From: Chrysomallon squamiferum
Taxonomy: Eukaryota; Animalia; Mollusca
Length of the DNA: 64,000 nt
Assembly: GCA_012295275.1 (NCBI GenBank)
Contig: CM022679.1
Location: forward strand, 14,694,001 to 14,758,000
Direction of reading: 5' to 3'
The notes beneath the pieces were generated by a model. That model worked only from the letters and a program-made list of their open reading frames with translations, was not told the origin of the DNA and did not search any database. Position numbers and translations under genes: made by a program. Shown here piece after piece: positions 1 through 51,470 of the stretch; position 1 is the stretch's first letter, and each line of letters begins with the position of its first letter.

Positions 1-175
1 TTTTAGCCATTACAGACAAAAGAATAAATGTGTTATGGTTATTAATTCAGCATACAAAATTAATTTTTACATATACAGTTTATAAAGTCAAGTTCCATTA
101 AATGTTTACATGTTTAAGTAAAACTGCATTAAGTTATAGAGACATGTTTGCCCAGGGTAAATGAAGTTGTTGTTA

Positions 176-37310
<37,135 letters not shown>

Positions 37311-37718
37311 ATCGTAACACGTTTGTCAACAGTCGACTGTCAAATCGAATCTCCTGCCACGTTTCTGGCAGGTGCTTTATAGGCGAATTAGCGCGGCCTT
37401 GACCTCCGAAACTTCCGGCTTCTACCAATGAGGTAAGATAGTCCAGTTCCTTGTAGATATTATTATGCTTATTATTTCGTACTGACATGAAATTGTCGTG
37501 CTTTGCTGACAGGTCTGAATCCGATAACCTTAATTTTATATTTAATGTAAAGAATAATAATGTACTGGAGATATTCTAAAAACGGAAGTGCTATTGCTTT
37601 CTGGGAATGAATTAAACAAATGAAAACAAATGCTATTACATTTTTCTTTTGTATTTGATATCTTTACCAATAGAGATCTTAAATCTCAGCTATTTTCGAA
37701 GAAGACTGACACGATAAA
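37311..37718. promoter_or_regulatory. Bidirectional promoter GFPT/POLB
   Basis: Divergent ATGs 408 bp apart in a locally CpG-rich stretch. Minus-strand TATAAA 37376-37381; ETS motifs ACTTCCGG (37411-37418) and ACGGAAGTG (37582-37590) in opposite orientations; CCAAT at 37425 and 37667. Confidence 0.8.
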
Positions 37719-37782
37719 ATGAGCAAGCGAAAAGGCCCCGATTCAGAAAATTTAAATGCCGAATTTAGTGACTTTTTGATGG
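37719..37782 (+). CDS. POLB: POLB exon 1
   Basis: [21 protein letters not shown]|gtaatt. Confidence 0.93.
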
Positions 37783-39490
37783 GTAATTTACTAGTTAATT
37801 CAGTTATTTATCATTTTTTTATGAAAATTAAAATGAAATAATGACTTTAAAAATTAAATGTTAATGAATTACAAAATTAATTATTCTATTTTTGAATATA
37901 ACTTGATTCATTGATTTAAAATCATATATCTGCGTCAATGTCAGTTATATAAATTTTCTTTTATTGCACAAATTAATTCTAGCAAATTACCACATTAATA
38001 CTGATACAACTTACATTATAATTAAATTTAGAAATCATTTTACAATAGACACATTAGTGAAAAATACTGATTACAATGATCCAAGCATTTACTGCAAAAA
38101 TTACATCAGATCTAGTTCAAATAATTATTAATACTGTTGACCCTCAATTTCACAGACTTCATCAAGAAACAAATCACAAAATTTGAACTTATTGCCATTA
38201 CCCACTTGAAACCTTACCTGTAGGTACTGCTAAGATATTCTGAGTCACACTATATGAACACTTTCAATCATGCTATATTTCACAGTTGCAGCTGTAACTA
38301 TTCAAACAAACTTCACTCCACCTAGCCAACATTTTTCTACTGTACATTTTTTTTTTTACCTATACAGTATACTCATTTGTTTACATTGTTTTTATGTCAA
38401 AATATTGTTCTTACATTATTATGTTATATATTATATAGCTGTTATGTGTACCAAAGTTTAATCTTTTGGTAATTTTACAATTAATGTTTACTTTCAGAAT
38501 CTCCCAGACTAAGACTTTTGCATTTTTCAAACCAGTGATCTCCCCTATTAGTCTGTGAAATTGAGGGTTAACAGCACTTTTGAATGAGTATTAATCATGA
38601 ACTATAGTCAGAACTATAAACACAGAGTCAGAAATAGTTAAACAAACATAGTTATATTATCATGTCATTTTTTTTATTAAAATAAATTTAATAAATTATA
38701 TTTATATTATTTCTTCTATAATTAAATATATATATATATATATATATATCTAAATTTCAGAACTTGCTAATTATGAAAAGAATGTTAACAGAGCTCTGCA
38801 TAAATACAATGCATACAGAAAGGCAGCTGGTGCCCTGGCTAAACACCCCACCAAAATTAAGAGTGGGGAGGAGGCAAAGAAACTTGTAAGTGGAAAGATA
38901 TGAGTATTAATGATTACAAAAAATAGTATTGTTCTTTCTCATTCCATTTTCTTAATTACATTTCTTTTAATATTTTGATTAAAAATTTAAAATTTCCCAA
39001 TGTGCAGATGATGTATTTTGCAAATACTTTTTATTTTTTGTTTATTTTAATGCCACTCTAAAAAACCCAGAAATATAATATATATTAAAGGGAATTAAAT
39101 TTACTTGATTATTTTTTAAAATTCAGTTAAATAAACATCCATTATTGTCTGCTACTTTGGAAACAAAAATCTGGACTCTGTATATGCACTAATAATTTGG
39201 ACAATCACATTTCCAAAAAACATTATTATTTAATTTTTGATATCCAGATTTTTCCAGAAAAAAAAAAAAAATCTTTACCATTAATGGTATTACTCAGGTT
39301 GTTTGGGTTTTTGTTTTAAAACAAACAACATATATTTTGTTTAAGAAACTGATGATTTTTATAAAATATAAATAACAGAAAATAAACTACTTTTTCATTT
39401 TATATTTTTAGGATGGAGTTGGAGCCAAAATAGCATTAAAAATAGATGAATTTATTAAGACAGGAAAACTGTCAAAACTGGAGAAAGTGA

Positions 39491-39531
<41 letters not shown>

Positions 39532-42500
39532 CAGTTGTTGATTATTAACATACTGGTATTATGAACTATTTGGGATAATTATTTTTGTCATCAGTAAATT
39601 GAAATAACAAGATGCTAAACCATTTATGTTAACATATGGTCATACAACAAGCAGAGATAATATTTAATTTTGACTAAAAACTATTTGGGATAAGTGATGT
39701 TTTTGTCTGTTTGTATAATGCTGTATAGAATACATCTTCTATTTTATAAAATTTAGTTTTTGACTAAATTATTGTTATTCTTTCAGTTTAGATATTACAG
39801 AATTCAATATTTTCATACATTTTATTTAGTTATTTTTATCATTTCAGTGTTATGTTTAGGGGTTTTGATTTCTGGGTTATTTAACATAAATTATTATTTA
39901 TTACTATTACTCTGTATTAGGGTTTAACATTTGCTAAGTTCTATTGTGTTTTTGTTGCCTCACATTGCAGAAATATATATTTTTTGGAAAACAGTTAATG
40001 AGTTTACAGTATTCAAAATCTGCCATATATATCTACAAATCAATACCTGCTTTGAGCAGTGTATAGCAAGACAGTTCAGGCAGATCTGAATTATTTATTA
40101 TTGGTCTTTTAATTAACTGACTGTATCTCATTAACACTGACATACAGGGAAAAATGCATGAATAAATTATAGTAAAATAGGCCCTAAACTAATGGAGTAG
40201 GGTAAAAACAATTTAGGGGACCTCTTCTTTATCTTCACCCCCTAAGAAGAAAAACAGAGGAAAATATGAATCATGCATAAAAAAAATAATATCTAACATG
40301 ATTTGATTTCAATAATTTGTATAACTACTCTTTTGTAGCCATACTAAAAATTTTCATTGAATAATTTTCATAAAAATTATAGTACTTGTTAATTACATTT
40401 TTATTTATTTATATTATTATTATTATTATTATTACTTTTATGTCATGATTTTTTCTTTTTTCTTCTTTTGTAAATTTCTTCTCAACCAAAATGTAAAGAG
40501 TAAATACATTTGTATTCGTGTTAATATGTCTGATCATGTTTCTATTGATGTGCTTGTTTTTTTTTACTATTATTATTTGTAACAACAGATTCTGTCACGT
40601 GTATTTCACATATCTGGGTTATCATTTGCTATTTTCTTCATGCTGCTAAAAATAGATTGTTCTTTGTCATGAATTTTTTTTAGCTGAATCATATTTGAAG
40701 TTCTATAACTACATGGATATTTTTTTTTGTTATTTCTTTATTTATATAGTTATTTATTTTATATAATGGCATATCTAGACATTTATAAAATGGGTAATTT
40801 ATTCAAATGGACTCCTTGAAATGTCTATCTCTACTATGTCATAAAAGATAGCCTTAAAAATGCAGTTTTATATCATAAAAAATAAATTGTAGATTTTATG
40901 TGATTGCTGTCAAGAAACTTTAAAAATTTATTTTTTATGGATAATTTACTACTATAACCTTGTGGGCCCTTTAAAAGAGTAAAACAAAGAGAAAAAGAAA
41001 TCTTTTTAAATTACACACAGTTAAGATTAATATATTAATAAAAAGAATATCATCTGTCACTGATAGGTCACTTTTGTTTGATCTCAATTTATCATTGTAC
41101 TCTGGTGAATCATGAAATTAATAAGCTGATTTTGTTTTGTTGTTTTGTTCCCAGAAATATATTTTCTGTGGGTTAATAAATCAGAATTTCTAAGAATTGC
41201 TTTATCAGTTTTCTTCAAATGAAAAAAAATTCTTTGCAAAGATCAGCAAATGTTTATAATTTAATTATTTAATAAACATATTTAATTAAAAACAAAATTT
41301 TTCTCCTGTTTTCTCAAACTTTCTTAATATGCTTTTGAGAAGTAAATGATATCTTACTACTTCAGTTATTTTTCAGTGGAAAGAAAATCTGTTTTGTGTG
41401 GGAGGTGTCAAAATGTCTTGGATTGTTTTTATACTAACTTCAAAGTGTTTTTTAAAATAACTGAACAATGAATATTTCAGAGACCTTTTTCTTTTAAAAA
41501 TTTTGATTAGTGATAATAAATCAAGTTAAATTCTGTTAAACAAATGGATAGCAAATTTATACGATGCAGTTTAAAAACTGTATTGTCATTTCTAAATCCT
41601 CTGACATTCAGTACTGAACAAAATGTATATATTCATTTATAAAGCAAATTTTATCTTCAAAACACCGTTAAAAACTAACACTGAACAGCATCCGTATCAA
41701 AACCACCCCAGCCAGTCACAGTACATAAACTGGATGATCACATGGGGATCTTTAAAAGTAGATGTGCCAGAAAAATATTAATATATACTAATAATTATTA
41801 TTGCTAAATTTTATTTATTCATTTTTATATCAGTGGTTGAATATAGTTAAATTTTATCTGTTCATATCTTGCTAAAGATGAGATAACTGCAGGATAATGA
41901 TGTTGTTATCAAACAGGATAAAAAAATACACACATCCCTTCCTTTCCAAAACAGATAAACATTTCCTTAAAGGGAGATGCTCATTTAACATCTGTATGCT
42001 ATATAGTGAGATACCAGTGATAATTTATTTTACTCCTACACATTTCAACAAACATACTCCCACACAGAGTGTATTAACCTTTGAGTCTGTAGATTTTACC
42101 AGTACTTACCTTTAGACCAGTTTAGCTGTACGTGTGTGTGTTGGGTGGTTGCACAAAAATTCACAGCTTTTTAAAATGATATTTGTAGATAGTTTTATAC
42201 AACCACATATCTCCCACTTTGTTTCACTGTCTTTCACCATGTTTGAGACAGCTTCACGATTCTGTCCTCCCAGAACTTGGCATCTTTCTGGCTGATCAGC
42301 TGATCTAAATGCTTCAAAAGTCCTTGTGTGTGTGTGTGTGTGTGTGTTAATTTTTTTTTTTCCACTGTACATTGTGTGTTAAATTTTGATAGGTATATAA
42401 TTAATGTATTGCATCAATGTATGTGTTATAAAAAGATGTACACAGTCACAATACATGTTGATTATTAAAACATACTCTGAAGTTGAAAAGAGAAATACAT

Positions 42501-45500
42501 GTATGTGATTTCTTGTTACAGGTATTAATTTCATTACTGTTGTTGTGATGTTGTTCTTTTTTTAATTTAAAACTTTATAACGATTTTACTTGTAAGATCA
42601 TAACATCAGCTTGATTTAAAAAAAAAAAAAATGTATAAACAAAATCTGACAAACTGAAAATAGATAAAATGGATTTAATACATTACTTTGGCTGCAGATT
42701 ATTAGATAATATAAATAAAAAAAAAAAAAAAAAAAAAAATAAAAAAAATTTACATTTCTTTTCTCCTTAAAAACCCCCAGGAAAAAAGAAAGAAATAATA
42801 ATAATAATTAAATTGGTTGTACAGTTTTTACACTCCATTTAGGCATGCATACATTCACATATGCACGTAACCAAGACTGTCTATAACATTATAAGTTTAT
42901 TTATTTTGTAGATACGAGCTGATGATACCAACATGGCTATCAATGAATTAACAAAAATATCAGGAATTGGGTGAGTCATGACTTGAACTAAGTATAATGA
43001 GAAAATAATAATAGTATTTTGTGACAGTTCAGTCATATCAGAGAGTCTTTAAATCCAGCAATAAAAACAGATCAATGGATTTGTATTCTTACACATTGAT
43101 ATGTTTTATAAGATTACTGGCTTTAAAAGTAAAAGAACAAGTACAGATAAAAAAAATGTCAAAGTTACTGAAAATATTTAAATTAATGTTTGCATATTAG
43201 TTATAACCATACTGGACAGGGTTTCTTGATCCTGTTAGTTTCTTTTTACATTCTTATAAATTGCTATTTAATTTCTTATAAGTATATTTCATTGTTTATA
43301 GTAATAGAAATTAAAACTGAGAAATATTTTAGTAACATATAATTATTATGAAAATCATATTATACTAGTAGTGACTTTGTGTTGACACTAAGAAAGGCCA
43401 GTGTAAGAAGCAGGGGCCTGTCAACAATAGTTTGAGAATTGCTTATGAAGAATATTCTAATGTGATAAAATAAATCTGAAACAGTCTGAAACAATGTTCC
43501 ATCTCATCTCATTTCAACACAATAAGCCTTAGAAATTATTACTTTAAAGATAATTATTGTTATTATTTATCTTCTTTTTACAATATTTTTGACAAAATGC
43601 TTAGTATCTTTCTTTTTTTTTTCCTGCAGTCCTGCTGCAGCTCAGAAATTAGTCTCTGAAGGAATAATGAGTATAGAAGGTTAGTTCTGAATTATGTTGT
43701 GTCACATAGAGGTTTTCAAACTTTTTTCTATCTGTACCCGTTGGAGAAAATATTTGGTTGATGCATATACTTTTTCAAATATAGCATAGTAGCTTCAATA
43801 TGATTAATTATTTCATGATTAAAATGGTCACAGGTTTAATGGGTTTAAATTTTAATGCGAAATTATAATTGCTGAAAATAAAAAACATTAAATTAGTTCA
43901 GGCCTATTTTTGAATGGCCTTCTGTACAAACACTGTTTTTACTTCTTGCACCTTCGTTTACTGAATTTTTAGTAGCATACACCCAGGGGTAAGGGTGAAA
44001 AACCTCTGATACAAGGCTGTATCATGTATGAATATCTCTTATTATGCATCATCCACTACAAACCCTAGAGCACATTGTCTTAGTCTGGCTGTAGTTTATC
44101 CAGTATGTAGTCTTTACTTTTGCTTGATTAACTGCTTCTCAGTTATCAATGATAGGAAAAGCATATACCACATACCATGAAAGCCAGTGTTTTATATCTG
44201 TAATCTTACTCTTTTTCATTAGAAATTCTGTTTATAGAAACTGAGTAGTCAGAAATGGTACCATTTCTTTCTTTCTTTTTAATGTTTTTTCAATGTATTA
44301 AAGCAGTGAATAATTAAAACTATTTTTACAACTTTGAGGCAGTATTTTAAAATGTAGTTCTATTGTTTTTACAGATGCAAATCAATTAAATTAAATACTT
44401 TAGAAATTAGAGCTATCATTTTTAAACAAGTGTTTCATTATCATTAAACGGTAGATGTAGTATTTTGTTCTTATTCTTATTATTATTAATATTATTATTA
44501 TTCATTTGTTGGTTACTTATTCTTTTCCATTTTTCTAGATTTAAGAAAACATACTGACAAGTTAACCAAGGGACAGATTATTGGGCTGAAGTAAGTAAGG
44601 TTTAATATTTCAGTTAATATTCTCATAGCAAAATAGATTTTAATCAGCATTTGGCTTGATATGAATGTTTTAAAGTCCTCTAATTACCAAAAGGATTTAT
44701 GACCCTTAACTAAATCCATTCTGCTGTAAATTATAAAAGATCATAAAACACCTGTTGGAACTGGATAACAAACAAAAACCTAAAGGTATTAATTCATTAG
44801 TGTTTTGTACATTTAAGGCTAATTTTAGTTTTAATAATTAAAATATTGATTATAATGTTAAATTTTTGTTATTTCTATTTTTTTTTAATTATAACTATTA
44901 ATTAAATAGGCATTATGAAGACTTTGAGAAGCGTATTCCTAGAGAAGAAATGATAAAACTACGGGTAAAGATACAGTATAAACTTGTTATGTTTAAATAC
45001 AGGAACAAGGTTGTTTGTTTGTTTAGTTATTTTCTTTCTTTCTTTATTTATTTATTTTTCTTTCTTTCTTTCTTTTTAAGTATTATTTGTAATGTTTTAT
45101 TTTATTTTATTATTTATCTATTTTATTTTTTTATGCGTGTGTAGCAATCTATTACTGAGTTTTAAAAAATAAATTATGAAACAGCAAACTATGTAAATAT
45201 TTGGTTTTTCTTTTGTGATAAATGAAGAAAACCCATAGTACTATAGTGTTAGTATTTTTAAAAGCAGCTGTCATGAAAATTTATTCATGACAACTGCTTT
45301 TAAAAATAGTAACACTCTATAGTATTATTAGAATTTTTTATAATATGTTTGTTTTGAGATTACATGACCATAAATAAAACCCAACCTACATGGGCATTGA
45401 ATCCATAACCCATGAAACTGATCGTGTGGTGAATTCTTTGGAAGTACACACTAGTACGTTTGTTGTTAAAAATCAGTCAGTCACGAAATAAAAAGAAACA

Positions 45501-46528
45501 TGAGTAAGGAAGTCTAGCATTCTCAGTAAAGTCGGCTTGTTTTGTTAGGATTCTTCCTTCATGCTGCTATTGGTGGTAGTTCAACCATGTCATTGTGGAC
45601 TGTCATTTACAGCCACAGTGGGATGGTCTGGATCCTGTAATAGCTTGAACTGAGAAGTCGTGTTGTCCTTTACCTATTTCACAACACACAGCCTTGTTGC
45701 TTTGTTCAAAAATGTCAGCTGAAATCTGGTTTTCAATCTTTGTGTTTCTGAGGGTATGAGTTACGTATCAGCACACGTTGTTGTTTTTTTGTTGTTGTTG
45801 TTGTTCAAGGAACTGACAGCTTAACATAAGTGGAGAATAAAATCACTTCATCACATATTTTTTTTTTTTTTTTTTTTTAAATAACACAAAAGATGGGAGC
45901 ATACTCCTGTATTAATGTAACTTTTAGTTTTTGCCCTAGAATTTATTTTTTTTGTGGTAAATTTCAGGCTTTCATGATAATTATCAGATCTCTGACTTAA
46001 CATGGAAAATAATAAGACAAAATCTGCAACAACAAATCACTGGGAAAACATTGGTTAATAATAGAGTCCCGATGTCCCTCCTCATATTTTTGTTAACTGT
46101 GTTTCAAGGAAAACATAATTATGTTGATCATAATTATGGTAAAATAAACAACAACTAAAGGTAGATGAATCATTCATTTGTCTGGTTTTTCTTATAACCA
46201 GTCAGAGCTATTAAAGCTGTATTCTGGTTGGGAAACCCAAAACAAATAAATGTAAAAGAAACAATCATGTAACAGCTTGATTGTGAAGTCAGTCCTTCAG
46301 TATTCATATGTTTCATTGTAATCATCAATCAGTAACATTTGCCACATCTTTATCTTATCAAGAACAAGGATTAACAAGCCACTACAGTTACAGATTCAAA
46401 AGATGTGTTGTTTGAAAACAGTATGAATTCTTAAATATTTTTATTTCATTCAACACCATATAAAACTCAGTTTAACACATGAAATTTTGATACTATCACA
46501 GATACATATTCACATTATTGCACCCAGT

Positions 46529-46589
<61 letters not shown>

Positions 46590-48734
46590 TATATAAACAT
46601 ATTATATAAATAAACGTGTGTTTGTTTAATTAAAAAATAATTGGTTTATATTATAGGATACTGCAATAGGAGCTATAAAACAACTGGATAGTCAGTATGA
46701 TGCAGAAGTGTGCGGAAGTTTTCGAAGAGGTATTATTTAAGTATAATGCAGTATATTCAGTTATATATTTTATTTATATTTTTTATTTCATTAGTTTTTT
46801 TTTTTTTATATATATATATATAATTCATTCTGTTTCCATGAAATTCGTTTTTACTGAATGATCAAGTTTTAAATATTGTTTTTATAGGATCAGTTTGTTA
46901 ATGGTTTTCTCATTGTTCGAATCAGAAATATATACTATTGCATACACAAGATAACAAAATTATTATACTTCTGATATATATTTAAAGACTAAGTCTTTAC
47001 TGACATCTTGCAGTAATAGTTTAAACTGTTCATATACTGATTTATATAAAATAATTATGTTGCTTTAATTAATTGCATCTTTGAGACTGGGTTTCTGATA
47101 TTGTGATTCATGATTTATCATGATTTATTTTGAATTATTTGACGGTCTGTTTAATTATTTGTGTACAGGTGCTTCCAATAGTGGTGATATTGATATCTTA
47201 CTGACTCACCCCAAATTTGTGTCAGGAGGAAAGAAAATGGTCAGTAATTTGTGTTGTTATAAGTATTTTGTTGTCAGTATTAACAATAAAGTATTGATTG
47301 ATTTAGAAATATTAAATATAATGGAACTTAGAATGATTGTCTTTTATTTTTATTGTTATTATTATTTTTTAATTTAGTAAAATAATTTAATCTTATTTCA
47401 GTGCACCTACTTTTTTCTTCATCTAATTTTTTGTTTTATGTTATTAATTTCTTAAATTTTTATAAACTTCCAATTTTAGCTGATAATTCATAATTGTTTT
47501 ATTATTATTATTATTTACTTCTTTTTCTTCTTTTTTCTATATTATCATTATTAAAGCATAAACAAAATATTTAATTTTTTATTTTTCATATCTATGTGGG
47601 ACATTTTCAGTGGATCTTTTAGAGAAAATTGAATATAGTAAATATTTAATTTCATTCATTTTTCAGCCAGAATATTTGCACAAAGTTGTGAAAAAACTGG
47701 AAGAAATCAACTTTATAACAGACACAATATCTCTGGGTGATTGTAAATTCATGGTATGTTTTAGGTCTACCACACAGTTTTTGTTAATAATATCATTCTT
47801 AATGTTTTTGTTAATGACATCATTTTGGACATGATCATGAGCTTTTCATTTTTTAATTTTCATTTCTTTTAGGCTTTTTTGTACACACAGAAGTGATGTT
47901 AATATCTAATAATAGGATTATTTGTTTTGTTTTTAGACATTTTGTTGTAATATTAAAAGTAAAAACAGATATGATCAAAAATGTTATGTGCAGTTAAGAT
48001 CTTGAGTGTGTGTGTGTGTGTGTGTGTTTCTGTATATATCTAGATATAGATATATTGATAGAGATATATAGATATATATATATATAACAACCATGTGAGT
48101 AAAATTGTGCTCTATCCAGCCTACTGAAATTATATCTGTTGAAATAAAATTTCAGTTTTTGGTGTTTGAAGAACATATGTTTTTTATACATGTATGAATC
48201 TGTTTCCCATGTTATTTCTTATATTACAGCACAGTCAGTTTTTAAAAATAGCCTGTGTCTATGTAAAAATGATTTTGTTTTATTGTGTTACTCTCTGACT
48301 GGGAAGTACATGTTGTTTGTTTATTTCACAGGGGGTTTGCAGACTTAAAAAAGAAGACGATGGAACAGAATATCGATTCAGAAGAATAGATATACGGTAT
48401 TTCCTAATTAGTAAATTATTCAGTAGAATAAGATATCTGAAATGTTCTAACTTGTAAATATTATATTCGGGAAAACAGATATTCGGTATGTTCTTACTAG
48501 TAAAAATATTGAATTCACAAAATGGATATCTGTTATGTTCTTATGAGTGAAAAACTATTGTAACTGAAAATAGGTATCTTGTATGCTGTTATTAGTAAAG
48601 GATTATATTCAGTGGAATAGATAACTAGTGTGTTTTTATAAGTCAAAAATAAATCACACAAACACATTATAGTTTCATAAAGAATAGGATATATCATGAA
48701 TCATGTTGTACATGAGAAAAATGCCTTTAACAAA

Positions 48735-48767
<33 letters not shown>

Positions 48768-50365
48768 AAGAATTGCTAATAATAAATAAAAATATTTTCA
48801 AAGAATATAAATGTTGGTGCTGTAATTTTTCAACTTAATATATTATATAGAGGAAGAATTGTTAATTATAAAAACTTTCTTCATATAACATTTTGAAACT
48901 GTTCTTAGCAAATCAGTATCTTTTTACATGTTAATATAAATATGTGGTGAAGTCAGGTAAAGAATTATTGTTTTTGTTTCCAGTTTGATGCCATATGATC
49001 AGTATTTTTGTGCTTTGCTGTATTTCACTGGCTCTGATGTTTTCAACAAAACAATGAGAACACATGCCCAGGAACAGGGGTTTATGCTTAACGAGTATTG
49101 TATCAGACCAGTTGGAGCCACTGGTAATTTACTATAATTATTATTTTTATTATTATTGATAGTAGAAGTAATAGTAGTAGTCGTAGTAGTCATAGTAGTA
49201 TCATTATTATTATTATTATTAATAGTAGTAGTAGTAGTAGTAATAGTAGTATCATTATTATTATTATTATTACTAGTAGTAGTAGTAGTAGTAGTAGTAG
49301 TATCATTATTAGTAACAGTAGTATAGTCATAGTAGTAGTATTATTAGTAGTAATAGTAATAGTATTATTATTATTATTATTATTACTAGTAGTAGTAGTA
49401 GTAGTATCATTATTAATAACAGTAGTAGTAGTAGTTGTAGTAGTCGTTGTAGTATCATTATTATTAGTAGTAATAGTAGTAGTAGTAGTAGTAATAATAG
49501 TAGTAGTAGTAGTATCATTATTAATAATAGCAGTAGTAGTAGTAGTAATAGTATCATTATTATCATTGTTGTTGTTATTATTATTATCATTATCATCAGT
49601 ACTCTAATACTACTGCTTCTGCTACTATTACTGTTATTGTTAATTTTAGTATTATAACCAACATTTTTACATGCTCATGTTTAGATGATGACATAATATC
49701 ATTTTACTAAGGCATTTCATAGATAGAAATGAGTATCACAAGATATAAAGACCAAATAACATCTGTGCAAAATTTCAAGACTTAGGGATTTGAAAAATAA
49801 TATTTTTGTGTATATTTTTAATATAAAAGAGAAAATATCGGCCTCCATGTTTATTTTGTTGTCATAGTTTGTTATTAGTAGTAATTACTGGCATGTTGTT
49901 GTTGTTACCATTATTATCAACATTATTTTATATTTTTTTATTTAATTATTTTAACTTTAGAAAAAAATTGCAGTATTATATTTTCATTTTCATTTTATTT
50001 TATTTTTAATGATTAGAGAAATCAATGATTCTTGATATGTATTTTTAACACATTTGGGCAGAGAAATAGCTCAGTCAAATATCAATACTTGTGTATTAAT
50101 ATCATACATGACATGTTTATGTCTGGCTACAGTAATGTAATATTTCAGTCGAAAATGTTTTTCTTTGGTGAAACAAGATAATCTGATCATTATCATCTGA
50201 CATTGAATACAAAAGGTTTATATTAATTTTTATCAATATGTTTTTTTTTGTTTTTTTATTATTTTATTGTTTTGTTTTTTATTGTCTGAATTGGTTTTTA
50301 TACTGATGTCAGATTACAGAAATTTGAATAATGTTATCAACCAGTTTTCTCAGTGGTATTATTAC

Positions 50366-50402
<37 letters not shown>

Positions 50403-50432
50403 TAAATTATTATTATTATTATTATTATTTAA

Positions 50433-50483
<51 letters not shown>

Positions 50484-51409
50484 TTAAATAGAAATTAAAA
50501 AAGAACAAAATTATAGTAATTTGATGAAACCAGTAACTATTAAAACAAAGATTTACCTTGGGCAAAATAAAATATTTATGGTGCCATTGATTATGCTTTT
50601 TTTAAATTTCACATTGTTATAAACTGCCTTATTGATTCTCTAGTGTCCAGTACTTTTAATTTAAAGATTACCTATTTTCTTACCAAACTATTCAAGCATT
50701 TTGTGGTTTCTAGCACATAGCTTGCCACTTAGAAAAACAAAGTGTTATTTTATATGTTATCAAATATATGTCACTACAAAACTGTAATTTGGTAGGAACA
50801 TTATTTTCTTTTACTATAACTTCAGATATGTCAATGTAATATATTTAATATTTTTTTAATTAAAATTGTTGTTGAAAAAAATATATTGAATATTTAATCA
50901 ATATAATATACATCTGTTACCAAATAGGATAATTTATCTTACAAATTTGATTTTCTTTATGTGTTTGTGTGTATGTAAACATACATGTATAAATTTAAAT
51001 TTCTTTTGCCTTATTTACATATTTTTTTTTATCTCTGCAAATTTGATTTAATAAAAGAAAGAGTAACTAAATGTAAAATTGTTTGGCTTGGTTTGGTGGA
51101 AATTTTGCCAAACAGTGTTTCACTTTAATGTCTAAATATAATATGTGTTTGTTTAATTAAAAACAACTAGTTTATATTACAGGATGCTGTAATAGGAACT
51201 ATAAAACACTGCCATGTTGTATTTTCACTTGATAAAACTTTTGGCAGTTTTATTAGTTATTCAATCATTAGAGAACACCAAACAATAAATGGTTTACCTC
51301 AGTAGAGAAACCGCTGTAAACCAAATACATAAAAAAATTGTATTACTACTGCTGCTGTTGCTACTAATAATTTTACCATTATTCCTATTACTACTACCAT
51401 CTTTAATAC

Positions 51410-51470
<61 letters not shown>

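Noticed and set aside
46730-48983. U12-type introns in POLB (donors GTATTA, GTATGT, GTATTT)
   Set aside because: None matches the GTATCCT U12 consensus
49327-50491. Poly-Leu / poly-Tyr membrane-protein-like ORFs
   Set aside because: Trinucleotide microsatellite artefacts
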